Position numbers and translations under genes: made by a program. From the NCBI GenBank assembly GCA_010909165.1, contig MU008171.1, forward strand, positions 1 to 64,000: a stretch of 64,000 nt of DNA, in the 5' to 3' direction. Under the pieces are notes generated by a model. That model was not told the DNA's origin. It made no database searches and saw only the letters and a program-made list of their open reading frames with translations. Below, one piece after another: positions 33,501 through 47,349 of this stretch. Origin of the DNA: Anthoceros angustus. Its lineage: Eukaryota; Plantae; Anthocerotophyta. Numbering within the stretch: the first letter of the stretch is position 1; the number at the start of each line of letters is the position of its first letter.

Positions 33501-36500
33501 GGGTAGTATTGAAGTACTCAGCCGGTATTCTAAAAGGTTGTTGCTGTGTCACTGAACCGTGCAGCAAGCGACTGTTGGAGAAGTGTTGGAAAATTCTCAG
33601 ATTCGCCGGATCGATGAAAGGACTGGGCTGTTGTTAGAGCTATCCACAAAGTCAAGAGTGATAGCGGCATATGCCCATGTAAGTATGTGCAATGGCAGTG
33701 ATGTAATTGGTTGTGTTTTCCTGCATCTTAGAATAGCAGCTGTTATCGTTGTCGGTATTGATTAGTATAACCTTTGTACCACATTGTTTGTAAAGATTTC
33801 CCATGTCTCCGATGAGCATGTTGAAAAGCTGGAAGACAAGTTCAAGGTGGGACAACTAGTTCGAGCAAGGGTGATAGGCTCCCGACCAATTGATGGCCTT
33901 GTGACAGTCACAATGAAGGTATATCATTTAAGTAGATTTATTGAGGTTCTGGTTTATTTTTCTGATATTAGCATTTCAACCATTTTCACAGCTTATGTGG
34001 ACGGATTTCTTGTTTTCTGTTGTCTAACTTTGTTTTGTTTTTACATGTTTTACAGAAATCCTTGCTTGAGCAGCCTGTCTTAAAACTTACAGATGTCAAG
34101 GCGGGACTAGTTGTGCAAGGAAGGATTATAGCTGTAGAAACAGGTGGTCTCTCGGTAAATCTGGGTTTGGGAATAGATGCATTTTGCCCTTCACGACAAG
34201 CATCAGAGTTCGATGGTGTTCCATCCAGCGAGAAGTTCCGGGTATGCATCCTGCAGTCTTTATCAATCTTCATAGTGTGAAGTCAATATCTAATTGGTGC
34301 TCTTGCCTTGTGCTGCTGGTATTTCCTGATTGGCAGGTCGGTGCTCTGTTAAAGTTTCGGGTTTTGGTTTGTCCTCCGTTATCCCACAAGATTAGTATTA
34401 CTCACAAGAAAACTCTGGTATATCCGTGTGGCCTTTGTCAGAATGTCAGGTATTGATGTTGATATAGTGCTATCCAGCTGGTCTATGTACTAAATTAAAG
34501 AGGATTTTCCAGGTTGAATCAAATTTGCCTATTATCACCTGCTATGAAGATGCTGTAGAAGGTCTGGTGACGCATGGCTGGATATCATCAGTGGGGGATT
34601 ATGGGTGCATTGTGAGATTCTACAACAAAGTGAAAGGACTTGCACCCAGGCAAGTAGACCTCCGTTTTTTAAAATTTCCTTGCACCTTTCCGCCATGACA
34701 TCTCTGAGAACGTGTGTGGTTTTTTTTTTTCAGGTCCGAGCTATGCCTTGATAGTCTTACTCCCGTCAGCTCATTATATAGTCGTGGTCAAGTAGTCAGG
34801 TGCCGAGTGCTGAGGGCAAGTGCTCAGTCCAGGAAGCTGACAATCAGTGTCAATTTCTCTCATGGAAGGTTTGTCCCGAACTGGTTCCATGATAGTAGCA
34901 ATGCTTGTTCTGACTTGGTCTGGGAAGGTCTGTTCCCGGGTGCTTGTGAAGTTCCTGATGGTCGGCTGGCTGTCTCTCTTGTTGCAGAGTCAATCCATTG
35001 CTGTCTGTAGATGTTAAACCCGGAAGCATTGTTTCTGGAGTAGTACAAGAAGTGGGTGAGAATGGCCTGATGCTGGGGGTTTCACTTCCGAATGGATCAA
35101 CCTTAGGGACCATGGAATTTGCTCATTTGTCTGATAGTCCAGGTGGTCAATCTTTCCTGTTTCTTCCTGAAAGGGAAAAAAAATTATTCCAGCTGCATCA
35201 TGCTGGGTTATGAGCTCAGAATTTCATCCCCACTGCAGGCCATGTGAATCAGCTGAAGGTTTTGCTAAAAGTGGGCTACTCATTCGACCGGCTTGTTGTC
35301 TTAGGTATGCTTTCTCTGAAATGAAAGAGAGATAGCTGTCGCTGTGGGATTATAGTGCTTGCAAAGTTATATTTGCTTTACTGCTATAAATTCGTATTTG
35401 AGGTCCAAACTTAGAATCTTGGATTTTGCAGATGTCTTAGAACACAGCGTGCTTCTCTCTTCAAAGTTTTCTCTATTGCAAGCTGTTCAGTCTTTGCCAT
35501 CTGACATCAGCCAGCTTGAAGCACATGCAGTCATACCAGTAATAATCGTCTGCAGTCTGTGTTGATTACTGTTGGGCATTTTGTTGATATGGGTCTTCCA
35601 ATTTTTTTTTTCAACTCCATGGCTTAGCAGTGTGCATCTATTGCAGGGTTATGTGGTCCGTATAACTGCATTCGGTGTGTTTGTGAGGTTCCTTTCACGG
35701 CTGACCGGGTTGGCTGTCAACTCACAAGTGAGTGCCGTTCTTGTTGATTATTGCAGAACTTGTGTTAGTTTGCTTTGAAGATAGGACCAGATCCTCTAGG
35801 AACTCAATGATGGCGTGAGAGTTGTTCATTTGTGGAAAGTTGCAGTTAATGAAAATATGGGAGTTGCGGTTTGTCCCACACCCATAAGACTGTGAATGGA
35901 CATGAATGGCATTCAGACCACTGGCCAAATCTCGTGGTGGGAATTCTTGTAACTGGCTGTGTTGGATGGCTTGGCATTTCGGGTATTGCAGGTGTCGGAT
36001 AGTTTTGAGAAGGATCCCTCTTCTTGCTATTGTGTTGGGCAATCTGTTCGTGCTTACGTTCTTGAGGTGGGGTAATTTATCTTTGCTTCTGCCTCTGTGG
36101 TTAAATATCTTTCTACCAAGCACTTGGGGAAAGGCATTTTGTGATAAATGTAGTATGCAGGTGGATAGAAATGCTGGAAAATTCAAGGTCAGCCTGAAGC
36201 AGTCTGTCTGTTTCTCCAGGGATGCAACTCTGATGGAAGGGTACTTCATTGACGAAGCCAAGGTGAACTAAACCTGGGACTGATTAAAGTCTTTGCATGT
36301 GGCATGTGATTATTTGAGAATGCCGTCTTTGATGCTAACTTGCTCTTGAAAGCTGGAATGAAGATTAGGGAGTTGGATACGTCAGGCCGTGTGGAATGTG
36401 TAAACGACATACAATTTGGATCATTTGTTGAAGGCAAGGTACAAGATGTTAAAGACTACGGTGTTATAGTCAGGCTGCGAAACTATGAGGAAGTGGTAGG

Positions 36501-39500
36501 ATTTATTACTCAATATCAAGGTATTCACCTCCTTGAATCTCTGTTTGTTGTCTCTTGTTATTTTGTTCTGAGCAATTTGTATTTTTACAAGTTCTTCATG
36601 CAACTGTTGTTGTTCAGTTGGCAGTGCTGTCAAAGTCGGGCAGAAGGTCACAGCTCGTGTTTTAGATGTGGCCAAATCAGATGGCATTGTTGACTTGACT
36701 CTTAGAACTGGGCATATGGATGAACTAGAAAAGCTCAAGGTGAGTTTGAAGAGGGGTGATTTTCTTGGCTGCAAGTAGATCCAGAGTAGTGACATCTTGA
36801 GCTGGTCATAGTTGTCATCTAGGAACGAAATATCCACTTTCTAATGCCGAAATCAATAGTAGAATCAGCCACCAAACAGAAGCAGCTACTTATGCAGAAG
36901 GATGCACACGTACTATTTGAAGTTTTACACAATGATGTGCCATCTCTTGAAAAGACTTTATGGTCTGTGTTGTTTGATCACAGAGAAATGCCCAAGCTGC
37001 AGTGCAGACTCTGGAGGTTGGTGAAAAAGTTGAAGCATTGGTTGAGCTCGTGAAGGATGAGTACCTGGTCAGTGCTGATTGTGCCTTGGTTGCATGCTGT
37101 ATTTGCCCTAAAAACCTATCCTATTGATTGGACTCAGTTGTGATGTAGTGCAGGTCCTATCACTGCCTGCTCATGGTTATCATATTGCATTTGCATCAAC
37201 TCGAGACTTCAATTCTCGTGTGTTGGATCCCCACCACCAGTTCAGACCGGGTCAAAGGTACTATGACACATGTCACTTCCTGGCCTTGGAGGGAGTTAGT
37301 CTTCGGTAGTCACTGGCACACTCAATTTTTCCTTTGCTCTCTGGGATTGAATGGTTTTGTTGATATCTATTCGGGTTTAGCGGTACGTGGTATCTGGTCA
37401 CTTTCTCGAGCGCCTGTTGGGAATTAGGACATCATAACTTGTAAAACAGATTTCATCGCTAAGGGGTGTAGTCTATGTGTTCTTGTGATAGGTTCGGATA
37501 GATATTGTGCTGAAATTGTCGGTAACTTTTTCTCTTGTGTCCGCAGAGTTGCAGCAACAGTTTGCCGTTTGTCAGCTGGTGGAAGAGACCTTCTCCTCCT
37601 TTCAACTTTCAGTGATCCTCTGGTGGTCCGCACCAAGAGTTCCAGGAAGGATGTAAAATATCAGACTGGCGCCCTTGTTCAGGGAAAGGTTTATTTCAAT
37701 CGCCACACACTCCCTTTTTCATGAGTGGCTGCTTTGTTTCATCTGCATATCTTGCAGCTGTAACACATGCCCCTGTTCTGTAGTGTTATATTGAGTTCCA
37801 TGTTAGTGTAACTAGCATGGTCCCGTTGTTGTATGAGTCATTTTAGTTTTTCCTTTTGGATTGAATGAACTTTCCTTGTGCTGTGCTGAGGTTCTGATCG
37901 ATTTTGGATTCTGGTTGGACTCAACTGAGTTGCTTGAAAAGGATATGGCTGGAGTTCGTAGAAATGTTGAATGAGCTGATCGTCTATTTATGCTGGCATG
38001 CAGATCACCTTGATAGAATCTGTCTTCATGTACTTGTCGGTTGAGAATGCAGTCCAAGGAAGAATCCATATCACAGAGGTCTTGTCTTTTCAGTTCTTGC
38101 TATTGGATTGCATGCCTATTGAGTATTATTTCCATTCAGTTTAGTATTCAACTTGCATTTTTCTTTTCCAAACCGTGAATGCAGGTGAAGGATGACTTTG
38201 AGGAAGGCTGCCCTTTTGATGTTTTTTCTATCGGAGAAGTTCTAACTGCAAGAGTGTTGGAAAAATCGAGAGTTTCAAAGTCAGCGGGAAAGAATGTTAT
38301 CCTTGAACTTTCAATTAAGCCCTCTTCTATCTCAGGTGGAATCTTTTTTACTTCTTTGCCTACAGATTTCAAGCTACGTAGCTTGTTTGGTTTATTGAGT
38401 CCTGTGCTGTATGGTGTCCCCTTGATTTAGATTCTGGTGGAGCAACTAAGGCATCATGCAGCCTCCGACCATTGAATGACTTCAAAGTTGGAAACACAGT
38501 GACAGCGTTTGTGCAAGAAGTAAATGATGAATGGGCTTGGCTACTTGTGAATCGTCATTTGCGAGGCCGATTATCTGTTCTCGATTCGTCTACTTCTCCA
38601 GCTGAACTTCAAATTTTCAGAAACCGATTCCGCATAGGGCAGGCAGTGCGATGCAAGATATCACGTGTAAATTATGAGCATGGCACGGTAGACCTATCAG
38701 TACTGGTTGATGATTCCAACACTCTCTCAAATTCCTTTACTGGACAGGAAGATGCTGCCATGCGGGTAGGAGACGTGGTAGGTGGAAGGATTACACAAGT
38801 TTTTCCTGGGGCTGGAGGATTAGCTGTCCAAGTTGGTGCACACACTTATGGCAGGGTGCACGTCACAGAGATGGCTGATGTTTGGGAGGATAACCCAGGA
38901 GAAAAGTTCGCTGTTGGTCAGTTTGTACGATGTGTTGTTTTAGGGATCAGTGATGGAGACCAAGGTAACGTCCAAGTTGACCTGTCACTAAGGGCGTCAT
39001 CCATAAGGTTTCTGCAAATGCCTTCCCACACTTCATGGTTTGGAATTTACATTCAGTGGGGGGATTACTTGACCTAAATGTTGTTCACATGTTACAGCGT
39101 GCAGTCATACTTATCGACCTTAGGGGACTTCATACCAGGGCAAGAAGTACAGGTTGGCCTTCTCCAAAGCTCTGTGTGCTTGGTTCAAGGTTAGCAGTAT
39201 GATTCATTCTATCCAAGGTCACCCCCCTATTGACCGCTAGTCTGACTGTTGCCTAGGCCTACATCAAGACAATATCGAGTAAGGGCTGTTTTGTTACAAT
39301 AGCTCGACATGTAGATGCAAGAGTACTTCTTCGAAACCTGTCTGATTCTTTTATTGAAGATCCCATCCACAGTTTCCCTCCTGGCAAGGTGGTTAAAGGA
39401 AGGTACATTGTTAACTTCTTGGTCGTTTTCTGTTCAAAGTACCTTGTTGGCCGTTCATTGCAGGACTTGACTGTGCAGACCTGTCAACTGTTCAGAATAT

Positions 39501-41760
39501 CAAGTGTGGATGCTGTCTCTGGGCTTATTGATGTCAGTTTAAGAACAAGAGACATGCCTTCGAGGCAGATTGATCCACAAGTTATTGAAGACCAGCTGGA
39601 AAAGCTCCGTGTTGGGGAAAAGATCTCTGGGATAGTGCGGAGGATAGAAAAATTTGGTGTTTTCATCTCCTTACAGCCGTCGAATCTAGTATGCCCCAGC
39701 CTGCTTTGTTTTAGAGCACTTGTCCATGTGTCATTCCAGCTTCCGAGTGCATGTGCTCAATTTAATTACGTCAGACAAAACTGTTTCTTCCAGTATATCT
39801 GCCTTTTCATTGAGTCTCAGAGTGTCTGTGGTTCAGGTGGGAATGTGCCATGTCTCAGAACTTGTCGATGGGTACGTTGAGGACATACTGCAGCTCTACA
39901 AGGTTGGCGAGAAAGTTTTGGTCAAGATACTTAAGGTGAGAAGCTACTTGGATCTCTCACTTTTTGGGTGAACGGAGTCTATAGCTTCCAATAGCTGCTC
40001 TGTCTGGCTTACTATTTTACCCTTCGCAGGTTGATCTTACCACCAAGCGTGTCACACTCGGTATGAAGCCGTCATATTTCAATCTGGAGGCAGGTGCTGA
40101 GGTTGACTCTTTGCCAGAAAGTCTGCTTTCTAAGTTGGAGCGATCAGGCAAAGAGGACAAGGAGCACATGTTGGGTGTGATAATGGGGCAGGGACAAACA
40201 GAGGAAGAGGATGCAGTCAGCAAGCCAGATAGGATGTCAGACAATGGTCTGGCACTCTCTTCTGTTCCTTCTCTTGACTTGTTTTCTCAGATACGAGATG
40301 AGGCAGTTGAGGAAGCTGGACTGGGTTCTGAGGACCTGAATCCATCGGTGACAAAAATGTCTAAGGACTGTAAGAAAAGACTCAGGTACTTGCAGGCGTA
40401 CATATTTATTTGATGAGGCAATGCATGGTGGCTATCTGCCCACGAGTTTCAGCCTGATTCTAAACTGCAGGCCCCAGCTCATTGGAGGAAGCACTCAGGA
40501 ATCTACGAAGCTTACCAATGATGCAGTACTTGAGACTGCAGAAGACTTTGAGAAGCTCTTGGTTGTGTCCTCCTCCAGCAGTTTCCTTTGGATAAAGTAC
40601 ATGGCTTTTATGCTAAGCATTTCGGAAGTGGAAAAGGCTCGTGCAATAGCAGAGAGGTATTAGAAAGTGGAGACTACACAAAGAACAAAGGGTCTGATTT
40701 TGCAACTAGTCTTGGCTGTGTTTTACTGCGGTTGGCATGAAATGTTTCATTGGTAATCATGCAGGGCAATCCAAACCATCAATTTTAGAGAGGAGACAGA
40801 GAAGCAAAATATTTGGGTAGCCTACCTGAATCTTGAATATGAATATGGGCCTTCTAACGGGGTATGTCATGGTTTCTGACAGTTGAGCCCTAGGGAATTG
40901 TAAGTGTTGGATTTGTGATGTTGTCTCTTGTCATCTGCAGGAATCGGTAGAAAAAGTTTTTCAGAGGGCACTTAAACAGTGTGACCCAAAGAGCTTGTAC
41001 TTCAAGTTAATGAGCTTACATGAACGACATGAACAAAATCAGCGGTGTGAGGAGCTGTTGAAGATCATGTTACACAAATTCAAAACATCCACTAAGGTAG
41101 GTTCTTGGTTGGGGGTTGGAATAGTTTTGAGAATCTTTAAGATGGTGCTACAGAGGCATCCACTGATACATGATGCAACGTGACAGGTCTGGATCAAACA
41201 ACTGGAGACCACTGTAAGCAGAGGAGTTGAGGCCGCAGGCAAAACTGTGTTTGAGCGAGCTCTTTTAAGCCTGCCACGACAGAAGCATGTGGGGTTCATA
41301 ACTCAGGCTGCTATCTTGGAATTCCGACGCGGCTCTCGAGACAGGGCAAGGGCGATTTTGGAAGGGGTTTTGCTGCACTACCCAAAAAGAGTGGATCTGT
41401 GGAGTGTATATCTCGATCAGGTGAAGGTTCTAACGTTCTATGGTTTGTGATAATAGTCTGAGAGTCTCACGAGCTTATATTTTGGGCTGTTTTGCAGGAG
41501 ATACGAATTGGAGAGGCTCCCATTGTGCGAGCACTTTTTGAGAGGATAATTTGCTTGGATTTGCCTCCGAAAAAGATGAAGGTGATGTCTGCCGATACTT
41601 TCAAAGCCTTTTCTTTTTATCACCATGATCTTCTCTCACTCCAGTTGAGCAGGTCTTTTTCAAGCGGTTTTTGGAGTATGAGAAATCAACTGGTGACAGT
41701 GCCCGTGTTGAGTATGTCAAGCTTAAGGCGAGATCCTATGTGGAATCAGAGCTTGAGTAG
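30556..41760 (+). CDS. RRP5: rRNA biogenesis protein RRP5 (PDCD11 homolog), many small introns; span given, not exon by exon
   Basis: N-terminal DFPRG|G. Serial S1 domains ([10 protein letters not shown]...[46 protein letters not shown]). C-terminal HAT repeats ([63 protein letters not shown]). Stop at 41758-41760. Confidence 0.95.
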
Positions 41761-41904
41761 GTCACAAGTCATTCTGTGGACGGGGGCATGTCTGGAGCGT
41801 TGCTGGTCAAGGCTGGAACTAACTTTCGAATGCTTTTCCATGCTGCTGGTAAACTTCTGAGCGTCCAAGGCGGTTAGCAGTTTTTTATATTTATCATCAC
41901 TTTA

Positions 41905-42663
41905 TCAGCCTTTTACAGTTCCAAAAATAAGGGAATGTGAGGAGGTGTGTGTGTGAACGGTTCTTTCCCGCCCATAAGCATTGCCAGCAAGTACATTTTT
42001 GTTTAGGCAAGGGAGCAAGTGGAATGTGTTATCCAGATAGGGGAGAGTGTGGCGGCGGTAGGCTTCGCCAAATTGAGGGTACAGCCAAGATCGGCTGGGA
42101 AAATGCATGAGAGGAGGGAAATCCCCTTCCAAGTCTAATCGGGAAGTGTTATTCAATTTCTACTTTGTCTCTACAGGCCTTCTGAGGTTGTCAAGTCCTA
42201 TTGCTGAGAGCAGGCCTTCTATGGCATCTGTCCATAGGCTAGTTGTATGCTGTCTTCATTTGTGCGTGTATGGAAAGTGGGCTTTGTGTGTATGTATGTT
42301 GAGAAATCGCGCTCCGTTCCTAACCGTGCAATACCCGTTCCGTAGATACTTGCCCCAGGCGCGCAGTTGATGTCCCTGCCCTGCCGCTGCCGATGCCGAT
42401 GCTTGCCGTTCTCGCCGCCGTGGGCCAATGCCCCCTGCCGCGGCGGGGCCAGGGGCATCGGGCGTCAACAAGAAACTTAAAACTAAAGACTTCCCTTTTG
42501 CAAGATGTTCTCTACAGGCGGTAGATAGCCCAGAAAGCATCCAAACCTCGCGATTGACCCCACAATGACCGGGGTCTCCGGAGCTATTTTCTTCATAAAT
42601 GGACACCGAGACTCTTCTTTTTCCTGGCGCCGATGCCACCACAACAAAACCTGAGAAATCCAT
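41905..42663 (-). pseudogene. Intronless protein-like frame (~252 codons) with two in-frame stops, family not identified
   Basis: The ORFs 42256-42663 and 41905-42156 share a frame. The 33 codons between them read TGA-RQHTTSLWTDAIEGLLSAIGLDNLRRPVETK-TAG-K. Confidence 0.55.
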
Positions 42664-42976
42664 GTTTGCCCCAACATCGCACGCTCTCTGTCTGTCATTC
42701 TTGCCCCCATAGACTTCGATAGCAGCCTTACTAGTAAATCACCGCATCGTTTGTAAAGTTTCAGTTGGGCCGACCCAAAACATGGGCGCCCTACATGTGT
42801 GTCCAAATGGCTTAGGCCAAATGGACACACATTTATAAGAACGTAGTGATTGAGCATCATGAGCTTTGATTGGTACTTAGATGGGGTGCCTAAACCGAGT
42901 GGATGCCCTTGGTGCAAGTAGCTTAAGCACACCATGGTACAAGTTGTTAAGTACCAAGTCCCACGATAGAAATCTG

Positions 42977-43130
42977 TCTTTAGTGGACCTCAATAAATTT
43001 TTTCTTCTTCTACTAGAAAAGGGCAAAAATCCGTCTTCAATAAATTTTTTCTTCTTCTACTAGAAAAGGGCAAAAATCCATCTTTAGTGGACCTCAATAA
43101 ATTTTTTCTTCTTCTACTAGAAAAGGGCAA
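42977..43130. repeat. ~50-bp tandem repeat (3 units, middle one partial)
   Basis: CAATAAATTTTTTCTTCTTCTACTAGAAAAGGGCAA recurs three times. Confidence 0.8.
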
Positions 43131-43889
43131 CTATGTTACACTTTATGTTAAGATTTGGATCCCTTAATGTTATAATTATGTTGAAATCTTGGGGTCTTGT
43201 TACAGTTTTTGGGCTCTTCGTTATAGTCAGGTTTGGAACCACCCCCTCCACCTTATTACACTGTTGTTGTAGTCTTGTTGCAATTATGGTGCAATGTAGT
43301 GAGAGGTGGTATGTGTCCCCTCTTCAAAATTTCAACATAATTGCAATGACCAAAGTCTTACATGCTGTCTTGTTACACTTTTGCAAATTTGGTACCGAAT
43401 CTCCTGCCCATCTACTGTTGCTTTGTTGCTTCTACTTCCATTTTTCCTTGTATCATTATTGTAATACGTGTATGGGTCAATACATATATTTTAAGTATAT
43501 GTTTTTACTGCCGTATTTTCTCAATGTGATTATTCCAACACCTATATGGAGTCTTCTACATATTTCACTTGTATACTCTTTGTGCCATATTTTTTTATAT
43601 ATATTTTTGTAACGTCCACCCGGTTGTCTATGTATTTTACGTGTTGCTTTGTCCCTTGTATGCTATATAGTATTTTATATATCACTTGTATATGTGTATG
43701 GTACGACTGTATAAGTCACCCATGTAACGTAATTGTATATGCAAACCCTTACATTTAAAATATGACATATCAATATTTTATTGCAATGTACACAAGCTGG
43801 TGCATCCGATCATTTAAAATTGCGTTTTCACATGCTCATCTAAGCAAGATCCCGCCATGCTACGCATCACCTTGTTTGACGTCACGAAA

Positions 43890-44195
43890 TAGTTACGCAT
43901 TAGGCTCTTGAAAAATGCTACCTATTACCCTCTCTAACATCACTCAACAGTGACACATTAGCTTGGAAAATGCTGCCCATCACTTACTCTGACGTAACTA
44001 AACAATAACGCAATAGTTACGCATTAGGCTCTTGAAAAATGCTACCTATTACCCTCTCTAACATCACTAAACAGTGATGCATTAGCTTGGAAAATGCTGC
44101 CCATCAATTACTCTAACATCAATAAACAATTACGCATTAGCTTGGAAAGTGTTGCACATTACCTTCTCTCTAACGTCACTAAACAGTTACGCATT
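43890..44195. repeat. Degenerate ~55-65-bp tandem array
   Basis: Recurring TTACGCATTAG(G)CT..GAAAATGCT(A/G)CC(T/C)AT(T/C)AC...CTCTAAC(A/G)TCA. Confidence 0.75.
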
Positions 44196-44646
44196 AGCGT
44201 GGAAAATTTAGATATGCCATCAATCAAAAGGAGCCATCACACCATCACCAGAATACACACCGGTACCATCACTTGGCCCTCACATGGTGAAACTTGGTTG
44301 CACCGGTAACATCACTTCATACATCACGGTCTTGCTAAACCTCAAGCTTTTGTAGCAAACCATCAGAAAAACCCATCACCATAACATCAAAAATGATACG
44401 GTAGCCGTGCAGGCTGAAATGCTAGATATGTTTCTCTCCTTACTACCTACTATCGTCAAGTAGCATATGGCCTCCTTAGCATACATGGCCTCCTATAAAC
44501 CTACATCTCGAAATGCTCACATGCACAACACAGTGAGCTCAAGGTCATACACCCATCGCCCCCACAATCACATATTCCTTAGCTGCACATAGTTTTAAGC
44601 ATGGGTGAAGAACCGAAACAAAGAAATACTGTTGTATGTTTCCGCC

Positions 44647-45042
44647 CACTACTTGGAAGAGGGGGATTACAAAACCCCTTTCGTAAATTTCCCAATCTTT
44701 ACAACGTCTAAAAACCCTGTTGTAAATTGGTTTAAGTTTCGTTGATGTGGCAAGTTTTAAGACGCGGTTTACAGCGAGGGTTTCTAGTTCGATGATGTGA
44801 CACTCTTTTGGGTGCTCATTTACAACAACCGATTAATGACATGGCTCCTTTGTTGTAGATTACGTTATAAAAGCTTTTTCTCCTGACTTGATCTTTATTT
44901 TTCTAAAAATATTTATTAATATTACTAATCACAAAAAATGATTGGAGGCCACTTACAATGATTGATGACGTGGCTCCCTTGTTTTAGATTACGTTATAAA
45001 ATATTTTTCTCAAAATGTGTTCTTTATTTTTTCAAAAATCTC

Positions 45043-45102
<60 letters not shown>

Positions 45103-45290
45103 TAAAAATATTATTGGAGGCCATTCCCAGCAACGGATAGATGATGTGGCTCCCTAGTTGTAGATTACGTTATAAAATATTTTTCTCAAAATTTAATATT
45201 TGATCTTTATTTCTTGAAAAATATTATTAGAGTTCATTTGTAACAAGAGATCGATGATGTGGGTCCCATGTTGTAGATTACGTTGTAAGG
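44647..45290 (+). mobile_element. Possible CACTA-type left terminus with subterminal repeats
   Basis: CACTAC at 44647 is followed by TTTACAAC/GTTGTAAA motifs and four copies of GA(C/T)(A/G)TGG..CCC..GT(T/A)(G/T)TAGATTACGTT. No matching right end or TSD was found. Confidence 0.4.
45043..45100. repeat. (TAT)n microsatellite, ~19 units
   Basis: Direct reading. Confidence 0.97.
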
Positions 45291-45489
45291 TACGAGTGAT
45301 TTTGTAAAATGTAAGATGGGGGAAGGCGCCACCTCTACGCAAAGTGTGCACTGTCTAATCGTACATGATTCATGTTCCGAGCCATCGTACATGTTCGTAC
45401 ATACCTTCTGTCGTGGGCCATTGTATGGCCATCCATTGTCGGGCGTTGGACGCAATAGTATGGCAAGTCATTATGGGATATTGGGCGCC

Positions 45490-46500
45490 ATTATTGGATA
45501 TGGAGAAGCCCACCCTCGGGGCGCGCCCTATCGCCGTTGGGGAGGCATTCTTGCGGCTTATTAATCGCAGCATTGCCATACTCCGGGAGCAGTTCCAAGC
45601 CCATCTTAGCTTATTAGTCGCAGCATTGCCATATTCCGGGAGTTCCAAGCCCATCTTAGCTTATTAGTCGCAGCATTGCCATATTCCGGGAGTAGTTCAA
45701 GGCCCATCTTAGCACCCACCAATTTGGGATTGCTACTCTAGGGGGCTGCGAGTCAGTTGCTGTTGGGATTGAGACAGTTCTTCAGTCCCATCTGGATTGG
45801 GTTGCTCTTCAGGTCGATGTTGAGAATGCCTTCAACAATGTCTCTAGGGTGGCTATCTTCGACGAGCTCAAGGACGTAGGTGGGTTACTGACAAGTCGTT
45901 TTCCTTTTGTCCACTTATTCTATGGGTCTCCCTCCAACCTCTATTATCAACATGGGCTCTCAGTGGAGGAGGTTTTAGTGCTCAACTTGACGACGGGAAC
46001 GAGGCAGGGGAACCCTATGGGAGGTGCTCTCTTCGCTGTGGCGCACTTCAGGGCTCTCTCTCCTTAACTACCTCTTCGGTTTTGGGAATGTCTGTATTTG
46101 TCAATGGTTGATAGTAGCCATATCCTTGAGCCAGGAGAGAAAGTTAAAGAGGCTTTTGAACTCTTCTCCTCGGAGCTCTTCCTTGGGCTTGAAAGTCAGG
46201 ATCTTAAAGTGCAGGGTTTGGTCCCCCACAGGTATTTGGGTCCCCTCTTCATTATGCAGAGGGTGATATTGCTTCTCCGCAAAGACTTCGTATTCTTGGC
46301 GTCCCAGTGGGGCCTCTGGCTTTCATATAGGAATATGCGGACGCGGCTTTGAAGGAGGATTTGGTGCATATAGGTGATCTTTCTCAATTGGGGGACCCGG
46401 AGGTAGCGTTCGGTGTCCTTTCTTCCTACTTTGCGTGTCGGTCGGGGTACCTTATCGGGATTGTACCTCCATCCCTAGCTTTTTTGTCTAGCCTGAGGGG
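45490..46500 (+). mobile_element. Degenerate non-LTR retrotransposon reverse transcriptase, CRE/early-branching type
   Basis: Cross-frame motifs RPIAVGEAFLRL, QFGIATLGGCE, LQVDVENAFNNVSR, TGTRQGNPMGGALF, GL...KCRVWSP and FRILGVPVG. Confidence 0.8.
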
Positions 46501-47349
46501 ATTTCTCCAGGTTCATTAAGGCCTGTGCCAAGGCTTACCACAACCGCAAGAATGAGGTTGGTCTCTTCCTTTCTTGCATTGTGGCTTTCTTGAACAGATG
46601 TCTATACTCAGCAGGAACAACGTGGCGTATAGACGGCCGATGGATGTGGCATCTTCGGCACTAGTGATAGGTAGGCCCTTTCATATTCCAGACCACAACA
46701 TTCTTGGAAGGATAAAAAATTTCAAGATGGGTGATCGCAGACTAGCCCCCAAGCCTGGTGCCCTCCTATGGGTTGTTTCCCTTTACATCGGGGTAGATAG
46801 GATTTCCCATCTCTTTTTCCTTCAGTTAAGTCTTCATTAGGTTCCTTTAAACGTTATGAGACCGGCCAAGACCATTTGGTTCCACACGCCGTGCGGATGG
46901 CATCCTATATTGTTCAATGGAGTATCTTTGAGCATAGTGCAATAGTAGGAAACCGAGATTTTGAATGATAGGTAGGTACATACAGTAGATACGTAGGCTC
47001 CAACGCCTTGGCTCGCACCCACAGATGTAATGGAGGGAATGGACATCGGAAGGCCATGTGACATTAGACCCCCAGGGTGGTGATTAATAATAGGTACCTG
47101 TAGAGGGAGATGCGTGGGTAAGTGGGCAAGACTGTCCCGTCAGTCGAAGGTACCTACCCACCTCTGTGAGATGAGAGAGCTCGCTCCACCCGGCGCAGGG
47201 CTGGCCAGGGAGTCACCAACTCTGTGTGGAGGGCTGGCCAGGTAGGTAGGTCCTCCTGCCTCTGCTCCTGCCTCTGCCTCTGCCTCTGGCTGAGCCTCGG
47301 CAATTGTTCTTCTGGTTGCATCTCCATCACCAGCGCCCCACTCGGGTAG

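Noticed and set aside
43133-43758. 159-aa and 70-aa hydrophobic ORFs
   Set aside because: AT-rich, TA/TG-biased non-coding sequence with non-ATG starts and no motifs.
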